A DNA stretch of 63,895 nucleotides, filler included, from Mitosporidium daphniae (Eukaryota): NCBI RefSeq assembly GCF_000760515.2. It is 4 parts of 4 records of this genome, joined end to end, with 100 filler letters (N's around TTAATTAATTAA, not from the genome) between each part and the next. Parts side by side here need not be neighbours in the genome. Positions count along the whole stretch, not along the records: positions 1 to 16,863 come from NW_013546729.1; 3 more parts are not named here. One strand, given 5' to 3'. Below the pieces are notes generated by a model. The model was not told the origin of the DNA. It did not search any database and saw only the letters and a list, made by a program, of their open reading frames with translations. Positions 1-11,849 of this stretch are shown in pieces. Position numbers and translations under genes: made by a program. Position 1 is the stretch's first letter, and each line of letters opens with the position of its first letter.

Positions 1-1212
1 CATTTCTTTTTGCCAGCGCACATGTCGATCTGGAGTGGATGACAATACACGTTCTTTTGCTGTAGCCAAAATAATGTCAGCTTCAGGCATCGTCATCCAG
101 CTCAGTGGATTGGCATTTGGGCTGGAAGATGTATAGGTCATCCATAAAAGCTCGACATGCTTGCAAAAAGAAATGGGGTCTAATAAGGAAAGTGCACTAC
201 GAAAACTTATACTCAAAGCTTACAATAAAAGGGACCGTAAAACTTTCATTTCAGAAAGCAATTGTTGCGTTCGTGCAGTAGACAGAAAAGTGGACGAGAA
301 GACATGAAATTTGGACATATTTAGGTTGAGGTAGAATTCGATTGCATCGACCGCATTGATGGCTGGCTCACTCCCAACAGGAACCACATTGGGGTCTGGA
401 AAGAATTCTTCCGCCAAATCAGGCACAATCCTCTTCAGCTCCATAAAGCAACCATCAAGACAAGCAAGGATACAAATTTGGATTCGTTTGGCCTTTGGTG
501 TCATTGGATACGAGTGATCAGACATATACAGCCCCGGCAAAACATCCAGCTCGTTTTTAACTAGCTCATGGAATCTTGGTAGCAAAAAAACGTCATCAAG
601 GCAGAATATTTCCTTTAAAAGAGATATGCCTCTCAACACCATGGATGAATCATCCGAAAAGCATTTCAAGAACGGAGAGTCCTAGTGGTGATAAATAAAA
701 GATTTTCAACTTTACCTTGCCTTTTTCCAGGACCAGCTTGATGGCAAAATGTTCTGGAGAATGTCGAAGTATAGCAGTGGCATCTGGAATAATTAGACCG
801 GTCACCAGTGAAAACGGAAAGTTGTCTTTTAGCAAATCAGTGACTAGACGCTGTGCCGAAATGTGGATAACACCACCATGTCTGTATATTTGGGACCTAA
901 ATTTTCAGAGGTCAATTTATACCGTTGCGAGGAACTCATCGAAGATGGCACCTTTTTTAGAGTGCCCGTTGGAAGTAGGCCCTCAATTGCCTCAATGATC
1001 GGGTTAGAGGGGCTAATAAGAAATACCAATGATGAGCTATGGGAGAGACCGACAACGAAGCACGAGATGATTCTTTCCAAGGCCTGTCCTCTTCCGCAAA
1101 CGTACAAATATCTGCCGGTGTATAGATTCTGATCCAAAGAACCCGGCACCGAAGCCGATTCAATGAAATCCTTCATTGATGGCGGAATAGCCCAATTTAC
1201 ATTAAATGACAT
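1..1212 (-). CDS. RAD1: XPF/Rad1/Rad16 (ERCC4) excision-repair endonuclease, 5' part (helicase-like region); runs off the left edge; several short introns
   Basis: Spliced exons give ..GGVIHISAQRLVTDLLKDNFPFSLVTGLII..EHFAIKL..LKCFSD..VFLLPRFHELV, which matches the XPF N-terminal pattern ITSRILVVD..TG..EAFILRL..KAFSD..LWPRFH. ATG at 1212. Confidence 0.75.
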
Positions 1213-1333
1213 GAAAAATTTCGCCAAACAAAAGCGTAGAAGGCATTTAATCCATCGAGTGGAGTATCATGGCAAGTAGTGGTTTGGTGTATCAAAAGCG
1301 CCGGTTTATTATGGTAGATGGCTTATATCAGGC

Positions 1334-2804
1334 CTATGAAGAGGCCTTCATAAAGAAAGAAATGCTAGCAAGGATTGAAATAACCACCAAAAGTGACATA
1401 AAATGCTCCTTACACGTGAAGACCTTTTTTCGACTGCCTTCGTATATTTCAAGCAATCTGGAAATGCTGGCCTCAATCTTGAAGTTTGATTTAGCAAACT
1501 GGCACGCAGTTTCTTTTACATTTTTAGCCGCTGCACTATCTGCGCGTGTGATAGCCATTTCGAGTCCTAATTTAAAGTCAGCGAGCTCTTCGGTGGAAAG
1601 CGTATTGAGAAACGAGTCCTGAGTATTCTTTTGGTGATCTGGGATCAAATATCCGGTTTTTTTGTGCTGAATATATTCTGCTGGGCCGCCAGAAGCCATT
1701 GCAAAGACAAAAGCCCCTCCAAGCGACATTGCCTCTAATGGAATGATTCCAAAGTGTTCATTTGATGGCGTATAAAAAAGAAGCTTGGCAGAGTCTAAAA
1801 GCTCAAACTTAAGAGACGCCGATACTCCCTTAAGGAAAACAATGTCTATAGCTGGGCTCAGACGTGAATCTTCCAAGCCCTCCGCCCAAGATAGGTCTAG
1901 CTGTCTTGCTAGCGCTTGTAGTTGCGCCAACACGAGACAATTTTCCGAATTTTTGGGATCAAACCCCCCAGCAATGATAAAATACGGCTTATTGGCAAAG
2001 TTGAGTGTCTTCATAAACTGGCATAAATATATAGCGCGTTCAAGATTTTTTTTGGCATCAAACCTATTGAGAGAAAGTATGTAGTTCGTTTTAATGAAGC
2101 CTGGAATGGAGGATGAAACCTGCTTTTCTATCTCAACAATGCTAGGATAAATAACATGCAGATTGTCCTGGGGATATGCTTTCGATAGGACCGGAAATGC
2201 CCTCGAATATTGCGAACGGGTAAACTTGGAATTAAAAATAACTTGATCGGGAAACCACATGTAAAACTGCTCCAAAAGATCAAAAGGAATTCTAAACATC
2301 GCATGCAAAACCGACTTTGGCTTGGCCAGAAACTTGTCTGGAAAATGGCAATAAAAAATGATGAGCGGATATTTTCTTTCAGAGCCCTTAAAGCTGAACA
2401 AAAAGTCGTAAATTTTCAAGAGCGTAAAATATGCCTTGAGAAGCACAGCAGAAATTGCGATGATATCGATGAATATTACATCGTATGATAAGATGGAAGA
2501 TTGCGAACCAAACCCTGAAAAAATCAAATAAACAGCCAAAAGAAGGTTATTGAGCGAGGCAGAGACAATTTGGCTCAGTCGATCAAAAAGCCTGACCCAG
2601 CCGTAGGATCGGATATTTAGATTTTTGCACTCATCAAAACAGTACTTTGGGTCAAATTCGTTCGTCGCTACATGTACCGTATGCTCTTTGCACGAATTCA
2701 ATCCAGAGGCAAAATTTACAACCAAGCGCTCAGCGCCCCCTAAAATTCAACACCCAACAAGCCATACCAACGCCTAGAATAGGATGGATAAAAAGAAACT
2801 TCAT
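1334..2804 (-). CDS. ALG2: Alpha-1,3/1,6-mannosyltransferase (GT4)
   Basis: Removing a 28-nt intron (2740-2767) gives MKFLFIHPILGVGGAERLVV. Also FYCHFPD, LSLNRFDAKKNL and YTPSNEHFGIIPLEAM, plus a C-terminal TM segment. Confidence 0.93.
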
Positions 2805-3086
2805 CCAATGAGAAGCTACAAATAATGAGATTGGCAATCGATTGATTTTAAACTCGTCAACTACAATTGCAGTCCCGTTTGCACTTGGTAAATTCTTTAT
2901 GACAACACGCTTTAACGCGATTATTTTGCAAAATTTACGGCTAACAGACATCCATAACATGCTGGACGTCTTGATGTGTTTGCGATCCGTCGTTTATGCA
3001 ATTAGGGAGTCATAAAGGTTGATTTAAAATCAATCATTTGTCCCGTCAAAGTTTCTCCCTTGTGGTTACTGGGGTCCACAAATCTC

Positions 3087-3496
3087 TTACCAATCAAATC
3101 GAATCAAAAAACTAGGCGGTTTCCCAAAGCTATAAGGTGCCAGTGCTCCTATTTGTTTCAACTGACCATGTGAACATAATTTAAACGTACAAATAGATTT
3201 AGTCTTAAAAATACGATACTTTTGTTCTATGATGGCGTTAATCATTGATTCTTGGAATCCTTTCAACATTTGCTCTAATGGATGGTAGCAACTGTAATGA
3301 AAGTACCTAAGATGAAATGCAAATTCTTTGTCGACACATTCTTGGGAGGACCATTTATCCCAGACCTTCATGTCAACAGCAGGCCTTTCGATACCTTACT
3401 TTTAAACATGATATCCTCTTTACCATCGTCACTTTCTTCATCATAACTGTCATCATTTCCAAACAATTCTATCAACTTTTCATATCTCTCCTCCAT
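3087..3496 (-). CDS. Small hypothetical protein, acidic N-terminus, at least one intron; 3' end uncertain
   Basis: ATG at 3496 (MEERYEKLIELFGNDDSYDEESDD), then a GT..AG segment leading into ORF 3087..3371. No family recognised. Confidence 0.4.
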
Positions 3497-3644
3497 TGGC
3501 TAGCCGTGATATGTTTAAATAAATTAATTTTCTGGCTGCTTGCCAATTAAAATCTCGAATTTCGGAAAATTAATTCCCATTCGTCCATATGTTGCTTTTG
3601 GTAGCGCATAGGCCATGCAAAATTATCTCTGCATTCATTGAACC

Positions 3645-5234
3645 ATGGATTTGCGTCTCTTGGTGCTGCTTACGTGTGTAGTGCTTATATTTGTTAGTAT
3701 GTGCTCATCCATCGATTTAAAACCGGATATTTTATCGTCTCTCGAATCATCTTCATGTATGCTGACTGAGGAGGAGCTTTTGCTGTTCTTCACTGGATTT
3801 TCTCCAGAAAAAGAAATGGATGATTATTATCTCAAAGTTTGCTATCTATTGGATTTGAGGATTTCTGCTAAAAAAGAGTATCAAAGCAAAGTTTTTAACA
3901 TAAAGAAAGAAAAGACCCACCTACTTGGTCATTTTTTAAACATGGCCCAGCCTAAAAGTATTTTTGATGATGAAGGTGCGTCTATGATTCTAAAAGAAGC
4001 CATTCCATCATTTGTAATTGATTCGATACCCGGCAGTTATCTGAAAGATATCTCATTGTCTCATCAAATTTCTTTGGCATTTATTGCGAAGACGCTACCA
4101 ACTTTTGTTCGCTCTCCCACTGCGGAAAAGGCGTACTTTTCGCTCAAGGATCTTTTTTTTCTGGAAAGAGATCCTTATATCCCCGCGACAACAAAAGAAT
4201 TTCTAAAGGACGAGGGACTCGCCGCCCTCCTGGCCGGATTGGCTCATCCTGCTGCTTACCATTCGATCAAGTTGGAGCATTTCGATCTTCTTTTTCCTGC
4301 CATGGCCAATTATACTGAAGCGCTTATTTTTGATACACTGTTTATTTTCTTTCGGCATCACATTTCGCTTGGCAAAAACAATGCAAATGACATGATTTCA
4401 AATCTAGTGCTGGAAAAATCGCTTGCATACGAATCGACGATAATCCCGGATTTTTCAATTTCCTTCAAAAAAGGAGACTCCGATGCTGTTATGTCATTTC
4501 TAATCTACCTCATACATGAGGCGAGAAGAGAGGAGGGACAACCTTCGGAAGATTATATCGATATTGCGTATCCTGGAAACAAAGTTCTCTTCAAGCGCTT
4601 GCAATATCTGCGTAGATGTTCCAAAGCTGCGTTTATAGGGCCGCTTATTGTTCTGGTGCTGAAAAAACTTTCTCGGTTTGATATCGTCGAAAATGAGAAT
4701 ACTATAGGAACGTTAACCGAAAATAAAGACTCCATTCTCAACCTCACTGCTTTTGAGACGCTATTTTCGGAGCAAATTCCTCCAGCTGATCCTTATTTAT
4801 CAGCGCTATCCAAAAGAGAGGCTTTGGTTGAGTTTCTCTGTCTAAACTTGGCCTCGTTTATCCCATTTTCAGAAAAATCTGCCTCCTTCGCTTTGCTCGA
4901 ATATATGGTCCATTTTGAGACACCGGAGGAGATATCTAGAATTTTGTCGACCTATTTTCTAGTTCAGCAGTCCGATTCGGAAGTGATGGAGTCAATGGTG
5001 AAAGAAATTTCTCGGCTCTTTATCTTCATCATTTATAAGTATGAGCGTAACTTGCGATCCGAAGTGTCTCTAGTAATTGAAAATTGGCTATCAAAATTTG
5101 CGCCTACTTTTCTTCCTTCATGTGCTCCCGTTTTCTTGAAGAGCACAAATACCACATCTGCAAGCGTTTCTCAGTACTCTGCGTTTGCCATTACCGCATC
5201 TACATTGATTGGTATTCTTTTTTGCATTTATTGA
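3645..5234 (+). CDS. Orphan secreted/GPI-anchored or tail-anchored surface protein, 529 aa
   Basis: Long intronless ORF with an N-terminal signal peptide, a Ser/Thr spacer and a hydrophobic C-terminus. Confidence 0.7.
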   Translation: MDLRLLVLLTCVVLIFVSMCSSIDLKPDILSSLESSSCMLTEEELLLFFTGFSPEKEMDDYYLKVCYLLDLRISAKKEYQSKVFNIKKEKTHLLGHFLNMAQPKSIFDDEGASMILKEAIPSFVIDSIPGSYLKDISLSHQISLAFIAKTLPTFVRSPTAEKAYFSLKDLFFLERDPYIPATTKEFLKDEGLAALLAGLAHPAAYHSIKLEHFDLLFPAMANYTEALIFDTLFIFFRHHISLGKNNANDMISNLVLEKSLAYESTIIPDFSISFKKGDSDAVMSFLIYLIHEARREEGQPSEDYIDIAYPGNKVLFKRLQYLRRCSKAAFIGPLIVLVLKKLSRFDIVENENTIGTLTENKDSILNLTAFETLFSEQIPPADPYLSALSKREALVEFLCLNLASFIPFSEKSASFALLEYMVHFETPEEISRILSTYFLVQQSDSEVMESMVKEISRLFIFIIYKYERNLRSEVSLVIENWLSKFAPTFLPSCAPVFLKSTNTTSASVSQYSAFAITASTLIGILFCIY

Positions 5235-5587
5235 TTGACCCTTCCCCCTCCATCCCCTATTAACGATAAAAGATTCAGATTTCTAAGGAGGTTTCTATCA
5301 ATCCACCTTTCTTTTCGCTCATGTACATAGAGTGGGACCAATTATATCAGTGCGATTATCCATGGCCACTCTCGACTATCATGGCGGCAATTTGACAGTC
5401 CATCTTTTCGGAGTAAACTTTATGTTTTCCAAGGCTCATTAGTCACCAATACCTACCCCTAGCACCAATAAAGCAAGTAATTTACGAAGGACCATGTACA
5501 GATATCACATAGGTATGCTCACAACTAGGCTTTGGCTAATTTAAACTTTCTTTATTGCATTTAGATATTATTTACTACTCAAAAGAG

Positions 5588-6574
5588 TTAGGGAGACAGG
5601 ATTCCGATTTTTCTGGCAAAGACAAAGGTATGCAAAAGGGCGGCAAATGATCCGCCAAGCAAGTCTCCGACCCAGTAGACCCAGTGTGACGAAAAGTTGC
5701 CAGAAATTACAGAAGCGCCAAACACACGGGCAGGATTAAAAGCACCCCCAGAAGAGGAGCCTCCAAGGTAGCACAGGAAGCCAAGAGTGAGACCAATAGC
5801 AATTGGAGCAAAATGGTTCTTCGATGGTGATGGAGTGGCGTAAACACGAGCGGTTAAAGCTCCGCCTATAACGGATTTAGACACAGAATAAGGCCGTCTA
5901 CTGGTAGAGCCTGATTCCATCATGTCAGCGGTAGAAGAGGCTACTGAATTTGAAGATTGTATCGTCACTTCATGCTCATTTACAGCATTGGTGCTTTCTT
6001 CCTCTTCAAGAGTGATGACATTTTTACCGCCTGCAGCCCCACCATCAGATACCTTGAGGCGACGAAGAGCGGGCGGAGCAGGGATATCTACCGCAGTTGC
6101 AAATATCACATAAACAAGCAGAAAAGTCAAATAAAATTCCATCATCAAAACAGTGGCAAGGGGTGAGGATTTTGGCGGCACTGCGGGAATCACCTGGGCG
6201 ATCTTTGGCCAGCCGGCAACATTGTTCGGGAAAATGAGGAACATAAACGCAGCGGCGGCAATTGAAGCACTTAGCTGCGCTAGTATATATGCAACGCCCT
6301 TGACTGGATGCATCTTGCCAGAAATGATGAATCCCATGGTCACTGCTGGGTTGAAATGGGCCCCAGAAACATCTGCAAAGGAATATATGATGGCGGTTGC
6401 AACCATCGAAACGACCAATCCTGGGATCACTGTGCCAGCAATGACGGGATCCGTGGCACGACTGGTGTTGATAAGCATTGCATAAACGACTGACAGAAAG
6501 ATAAATGTAACCAAGAATTCGCCGACCACACAACGGAGAGCAAGAAAAACTTTCGAGCTAGATGAGGACGACAT
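5588..6574 (-). CDS. Aquaporin (MIP family)
   Basis: SGAHFNPAVT and GGAFNPAR NPA motifs, six TM helices, HWVYWVG. Confidence 0.95.
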   Translation of the reverse strand: MSSSSSSKVFLALRCVVGEFLVTFIFLSVVYAMLINTSRATDPVIAGTVIPGLVVSMVATAIIYSFADVSGAHFNPAVTMGFIISGKMHPVKGVAYILAQLSASIAAAAFMFLIFPNNVAGWPKIAQVIPAVPPKSSPLATVLMMEFYLTFLLVYVIFATAVDIPAPPALRRLKVSDGGAAGGKNVITLEEEESTNAVNEHEVTIQSSNSVASSTADMMESGSTSRRPYSVSKSVIGGALTARVYATPSPSKNHFAPIAIGLTLGFLCYLGGSSSGGAFNPARVFGASVISGNFSSHWVYWVGDLLGGSFAALLHTFVFARKIGILSP

Positions 6575-6784
6575 ACGCACTTGAAAATCACTAAGATTCT
6601 AATTTATCCACCCATTATGATGCACAAGTGTCATCTTGAGACAGCATGAACCAGTGATGGGTCTTCATTTAAAACAGAATATTCAAGTTTACAGATTTTA
6701 AACATGTGCTTTGTAAATTTTAAATATCTGCTTGTAAATTTTAAATATCTGGTTTGTAGATTTTGGAGTTTACAATTTTTTTTA

Positions 6785-8902
6785 ATGCTCTCAACAGAGG
6801 GCAGTTGTTCTCGGTTTTCGCCAACTAACTATCCGCAACTTCAAAATTTACTTAGAAAAGATCCATCCAGCTATTATGAAGAATTTCTACAACAAGAGAG
6901 GCACTTCCACATGCTCTTTGATCTTTACTTTAAAGATATAGCATTCTATTCCTCCTTCAATGTATCTTCCTCCTCTTCTACGCTTACTTCCCTTGTTACT
7001 TTCCTTGCACACACAGCTGGTTGTTATCAGGGCAAAGGACTGCATCTCTCTTCATTTATTCGCCAATTGATAGAAATTATAAGGATAAGCATTGAGCGGA
7101 ACGACACCCCAGCTTTGGCCAAGACGCTGCTTCCTTCTCTTATAATCGCCCGTCATAAGTGCATGGACGAAGAAAGCAAGCGTTTGATCGTTGATTTCTT
7201 GTTTGAAATTTTATCTAAAATCCCAGATCTTGTGTATGGATATTTGGTCCAAGAGGCCAAAACGTCCCCCAATGACAAGTCTTTTAAAAGAAGAATTACC
7301 TCTACGCTCTCAAAAAAGTCTGAAGATCCACAAAACCAACAGCATGCCGTTCTGGCATTGCGGATTGGAGTCGAAATGTTTACCCGGTTTAAATCATGGC
7401 AGGAAACCGAGGTGATTCGAGTTATTTCTGAGTGCGCTCTTTCGAATTGTGTCAAAGTTTCTCTGTTTGCGATCAATTTTTTTCTTGGAGGGATAACCAC
7501 TTGTCCCACCAACGATTCGGGAGATGCTAACCATCAGGAGGTTCTTTTTGCTCTTCGCCACTCGCTCCATACATCCGGAAAGAGCAGAGCAAAGCTTAGA
7601 AAAGAAAAAACCGCCATAAAAAAGTTGAACGAAAATGCAACGGAAAAAGAAGATCAGGTGCCCTCAGGAAATGTAAATCTTATTGCCTTGAATCTTCTCC
7701 CGGATCCTGATGACTTCTGCGAGCGCCTTGGAAGCATTATAAACGAGAAACAGGGCACCGCCCCACGTTCCTACGAGCACCGGTTGCTAATTATCCGCCT
7801 CCAATCTTGCCTGATTTCAAATTTCAAGCTAATTCTTCCCTCTTTTTACGAGAGAATTTTAAGATACCTCAAGCCGACGCAAAAGGACTGCACCAAGATA
7901 TTGGCTTACATTGCCAACGCAATGCACGAATCGCTCAATGATATGCCTGAAAATGGGGATGCCCAGGAGGAGGCATCTGAAAGTGACACGCTCCTTCATC
8001 TCTTACACTCCGTGACGCTGACAATATCGCGCAATTTTGTTGCAGAACATTGCCGCCCAGAGGTCATAACGGTGGGTCTAAATGCGCTTCGTGAAATTGC
8101 ATCCAGACTTCCACAGGCAATTTCTAAAGAGGTTTTGGTGGATGTCTTGACTCTTTCTTCGGATGCAAATGCTTCTAAAGCAATGACACGAAATAAGGGA
8201 GTCAAGATGGCTGCAAAGTCCCTGCTTTCTCTTTACAGAACAAAGGCTCCGGAACATCTTCTTGCTCGCCTTAGGGGACGTCCACCCCGATCGGGCAAAA
8301 AACTGTCTGAAGCGGAGCCTGATGAATTCAATGAAGCGATTCAGGACGATTTTGATGTGCATATTTCTGGCGGTGAATCTGATGAAGATTTTGAAGATGA
8401 ATCGGACCTTGAAGAAGACGAAGATTTGGAATCTTTAGCATCTGGCTACGATTCAGAAGCCGAATCTGAAGAGAAGCTGCAAGGCATATCAGAATGTGAA
8501 TCAAAAAGTGAAGTTTCCCCCGATCAGTCGAAAACAGACCTAAGATCTGAAATGACCTCGAGGTTTCTTTCTCCAGAGGAGCTACAGCTCCTCAAAGAGA
8601 ACGATTCAGAAGATCAGGAAAATAGTGAGGGAGAGGTTTCTTTGGGTCAAATACAAAAGGGCGCAAATGCTGGAGGAAAACCCTCGAAAGAGGAGCGATT
8701 GCTTGTAGTAAAAGCTGGCCGAGAAGGGCGCACATACGGAAAAAAACATCACTCCTCGCAAACAACGAAAAGAAAGAAAACAAAGTCATTTATGATGCTG
8801 GTACATAAGCGCGGGGGCCCACTCTCCAAGTCCCATCAAAAGGCTGGAGTAGGCTCAGCATCAGCACCGGGCTCCTGCAAGCGGCAAAAGCGCCGTCGAT
8901 GA
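6785..8902 (+). CDS. SDA1: 60S biogenesis protein Sda1
   Basis: NYPQLQNLLRKDPSSYYEEFLQQ, YLKPTQKDCTKIL, EVITVGLNALREI, KGVKMAAKSLLSLYR; acidic then basic C-terminus. Confidence 0.92.
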   Translation: MLSTEGSCSRFSPTNYPQLQNLLRKDPSSYYEEFLQQERHFHMLFDLYFKDIAFYSSFNVSSSSSTLTSLVTFLAHTAGCYQGKGLHLSSFIRQLIEIIRISIERNDTPALAKTLLPSLIIARHKCMDEESKRLIVDFLFEILSKIPDLVYGYLVQEAKTSPNDKSFKRRITSTLSKKSEDPQNQQHAVLALRIGVEMFTRFKSWQETEVIRVISECALSNCVKVSLFAINFFLGGITTCPTNDSGDANHQEVLFALRHSLHTSGKSRAKLRKEKTAIKKLNENATEKEDQVPSGNVNLIALNLLPDPDDFCERLGSIINEKQGTAPRSYEHRLLIIRLQSCLISNFKLILPSFYERILRYLKPTQKDCTKILAYIANAMHESLNDMPENGDAQEEASESDTLLHLLHSVTLTISRNFVAEHCRPEVITVGLNALREIASRLPQAISKEVLVDVLTLSSDANASKAMTRNKGVKMAAKSLLSLYRTKAPEHLLARLRGRPPRSGKKLSEAEPDEFNEAIQDDFDVHISGGESDEDFEDESDLEEDEDLESLASGYDSEAESEEKLQGISECESKSEVSPDQSKTDLRSEMTSRFLSPEELQLLKENDSEDQENSEGEVSLGQIQKGANAGGKPSKEERLLVVKAGREGRTYGKKHHSSQTTKRKKTKSFMMLVHKRGGPLSKSHQKAGVGSASAPGSCKRQKRRR

Positions 8903-9110
8903 TATCCAATAAAGAGCTCGTGAAAAGTCACCCATGCTAACCGAACATTAAGGTCAAAATCGATCTTGGTGCTTCGATATTGCAACCAAGCACAATACCT
9001 AGGTGCCGAGTAAATCTGGCTGCACTTGTACCACGATGGGCAATGCACACCGAGTGGCGTAGTGTAAAATGAGCGGACATGGTAACGTGAAAGTTGTAGG
9101 TGATGTGTAT

Positions 9111-9379
9111 TTATTTGGTGAGTTCCTTCCTAAAAGATAAAGATCTTTTAAACGAACCGTAAGTTGGCCGAAAAATCGTCCTCAACATCTTCGTCGTCCC
9201 AGTCCTTCTGCCAAAACGTCTCTTCGCTTGGGGCCGCCATGGAAGTGGCTGGATTCCATTCTACCATAAATGTTGGCATTCTTACCGTCTGCAGTGAATT
9301 CTTCAAAACTATCTTCATCGGCCGCAAGTAGCGGGTCCGAAGCGACAGCTGTAGCGTTATTTATAGCAGATGCGGACAT
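9111..9379 (-). CDS. SEM1: Sem1/DSS1 proteasome lid and TREX-2 subunit (2 introns)
   Basis: Removing introns 9261-9285 and 9130-9157 gives DEDSFEEFTADEW..FWQKDWDDEDVEDDFSANLRKELTK*. Confidence 0.9.
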
Positions 9380-9515
9380 GGCGGGTGAATCGAGCTGTAA
9401 TCAAACCAAGTAAAATGTTTGAAAATTGGGGCTATTTTAAAATTAATCGGAATATTAATTTTGAAATCGAGTCGTTCTAATTTCACCATTGGGCTTTTGA
9501 TTTAACATTTGCGGG

Positions 9516-11200
9516 ATGCCAGCTGCTCGCCCATTTTCCGTGACACTCACCTTGCCACCACCTCCATTGAGCGTTATCGGTGGCGGCGGGCCAGAGTCGC
9601 TGCTAGAGACCGTTGTCTCGTTAACCTCCAGAAAGCGTCGCGTAATAACGAATGCCTCGGCTATTTTAAATGATGAGAGCAAAATTTCAACCGCCTGCTC
9701 TTCCAAGGCAAATCATCATCCACGTGCAACCGGCATTGCGTTTGAAGAGCAAATTGTGGTCCGGTTTCTTTCAGAGACGCTTGCAAATGCAGTTAGAGCC
9801 TCCTTAAATGCCGGCACTCTCGATACCGACCTTCAAATTGATTTTGACAAATCAACATTTACAAATGGGTATTTTGGCGGCCCGGCGGCTCCTCCTAGCG
9901 CAACAGTGATATTTTGTGGACAGAGATTCAAGGGCTGGCTTGTGGATCTACCATCGCTCGTCGAGTCGCTGATCTCCTCAAACAAAAAGCAATATTACAA
10001 AGTGGCGGACATTTCACAGGTACCTGCAGCTTTGCCCCTATTTTGCTAGATGCTCGTCGTGGGCGATAAAAAGGAGGAGAAGGAAGACAAAAACGGCCAT
10101 ACAGACGATTTCATTCCCACACGAGAGTGGCCACATGGCCTTACCCCGCCACTTGCCTTTGTCAGGGCACGCCGCTTCCGTCGGCAAGCTGCACGAGAAT
10201 CGCTTGTAGAAATGAGCTCTGTTGTGCGGCGCCTGCTTGAAGCAGATAGGAAGGCACTTTCCATTGAGCTAGAGCTAATTGACACACCGGCATCATCACT
10301 TGAAGATCGTAACTTTCCAGAGTTGGAAGATGACGAGGAGGATGCCTCTTCCGTCGCCAGCGGGCCTCTCGCCTCCACTATCGGCGAGATTTCAGACGAT
10401 GAGGTATCTGAGCTTGCCGCCGAGATCACTTACGATGAAGAAGAAGAGTATGATGAAGACGAAGATGAAGAGGAAGGAGAGGAGGGAGAGGAAGAGGAGG
10501 GAGAAGAAGAAGAAGAAGAGATTGCATCTGAAGGTAAAGCCGGGGATCCTCCATCTTCCGATATTCTTAGCTCGACAGGGCACAACTTTTCGTTGTTGCA
10601 ATCTCGGATCTATTCTCGGTTAGCGTCTGCCTCAACGGCAGGCTTGAACAAGGATTCCGATTCCTTCAACCGCATGGTATGTTTCGGTGGCGAATAACCG
10701 TTTAGAATCGATTCAGCGATGCCATTCGGATCCTCTCGCAGCAGTCATCCTCTGTGACTCCAGAGAGCAATCCTCTCCTTGTGGAAGACTATGAGGTCTA
10801 TCACGGGCAGGAGATTGATGAAGAAGAAGAAACCATTGATGATGCGGACAAAGGCTCCGTGGAATATGTACATGGCCACATGACATACCCGCCCAATGTA
10901 GCACAAAGTTCTATAAATTATGCCTGTGAGCCAATCGACTATGAGTATGGATCCGGAAGCTATGCTCAAAGCCAAGATTCCACTGTTGCGGATGATTCTC
11001 ATTCGGAAGACGGGGGTCTCTCAATGGATTACGAGCAAGGCCTCCATGATGGCGGTCCTCTGACGGCTACTAGCAATCGAGCTCAAGGCGACCACCCTAT
11101 GGATATAAACTCGGATGTCCCTGAAGATTTGATAGACTCGTATGCCAGATGGCTCTATGATGCTTCAAACAGTGGCGGCACCGGCGGTGGTAATCGTTGA
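9516..11200 (+). CDS. TAF7: TFIID subunit TAF7 with long acidic C-terminus (2 introns)
   Basis: EEQIVVRF..LVDLPSLVES..YYKVADISQ|MLVV..WPHGLTPPL..VRARRFR. Introns at 10020-10049 and about 10677-10705 join three ORFs in frame. Confidence 0.88.
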
Positions 11201-11286
11201 TTTATTGTAAATTAAATTTTTTGGCATTTATTGCGTCCCAATGGACAGGCCGTTAATGTGGACATGCCGTTAATGTAGACAAGCCG

Positions 11287-11781
11287 TTAATCTGGCGAGA
11301 GCTTATTGGCTGATGTCGGCAGAGAAATCGAAATCTCAACCACCTTTAGCGTGGTAATGTGTGGTCGAGAAAAGATTTTCTTCCTGCGACCTTTGCGCTG
11401 TCGGCCTCGCTTTGCAGGGACCTCTTTACCAAAAGAATGCGAATGCACGCGTGCCCGAACGACGAAATACTCTGGATTGATAAACTGTGTGTATTTGGAC
11501 CCAGGGATACCGGTGCCAGTTGCCCGGAGCGTGCAAGATGGCGATCCGATTTCTCTTATTTGCGTTAGTCGAAGAACATCGCCTATCAGAGGCCCTTTGA
11601 TACGATGGGTGGTAAGCGTGTCGCCAACTTGGACAGATTGAAACTGCCTGCCGCACAGAGTGACCTTTGCATAATAGTTCGGGCCGTCTGCATGCATAAG
11701 ACGAAGTGCCATCTCTTCATTCTTGCCAAAAAAATTGGTGGAGAACCTGCGTATGCAGGCAGAGATAGAGCCTAGCAGCAT
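11287..11781 (-). CDS. Mitochondrial ribosomal protein bL21m
   Basis: Presequence-like N-terminus, then YAKVTLCGRQF..VQVGD, IREIGS, and RPHITTLKVVEI (L21 signature). Confidence 0.8.
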   Translation of the reverse strand: MLLGSISACIRRFSTNFFGKNEEMALRLMHADGPNYYAKVTLCGRQFQSVQVGDTLTTHRIKGPLIGDVLRLTQIREIGSPSCTLRATGTGIPGSKYTQFINPEYFVVRARVHSHSFGKEVPAKRGRQRKGRRKKIFSRPHITTLKVVEISISLPTSANKLSPD

Positions 11782-11849
11782 GGATTTACAACCCCAAAAG
11801 ATGGAAAAATTTCAAACCACACGAAAATTCAAATTTTATTTGAGCACAA

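Noticed and set aside
6707..6765. Short duplications (21-nt before SDA1; 17-nt at 11249-11295)
   Set aside because: Two to three imperfect copies consistent with local slippage; no mobile-element hallmarks.
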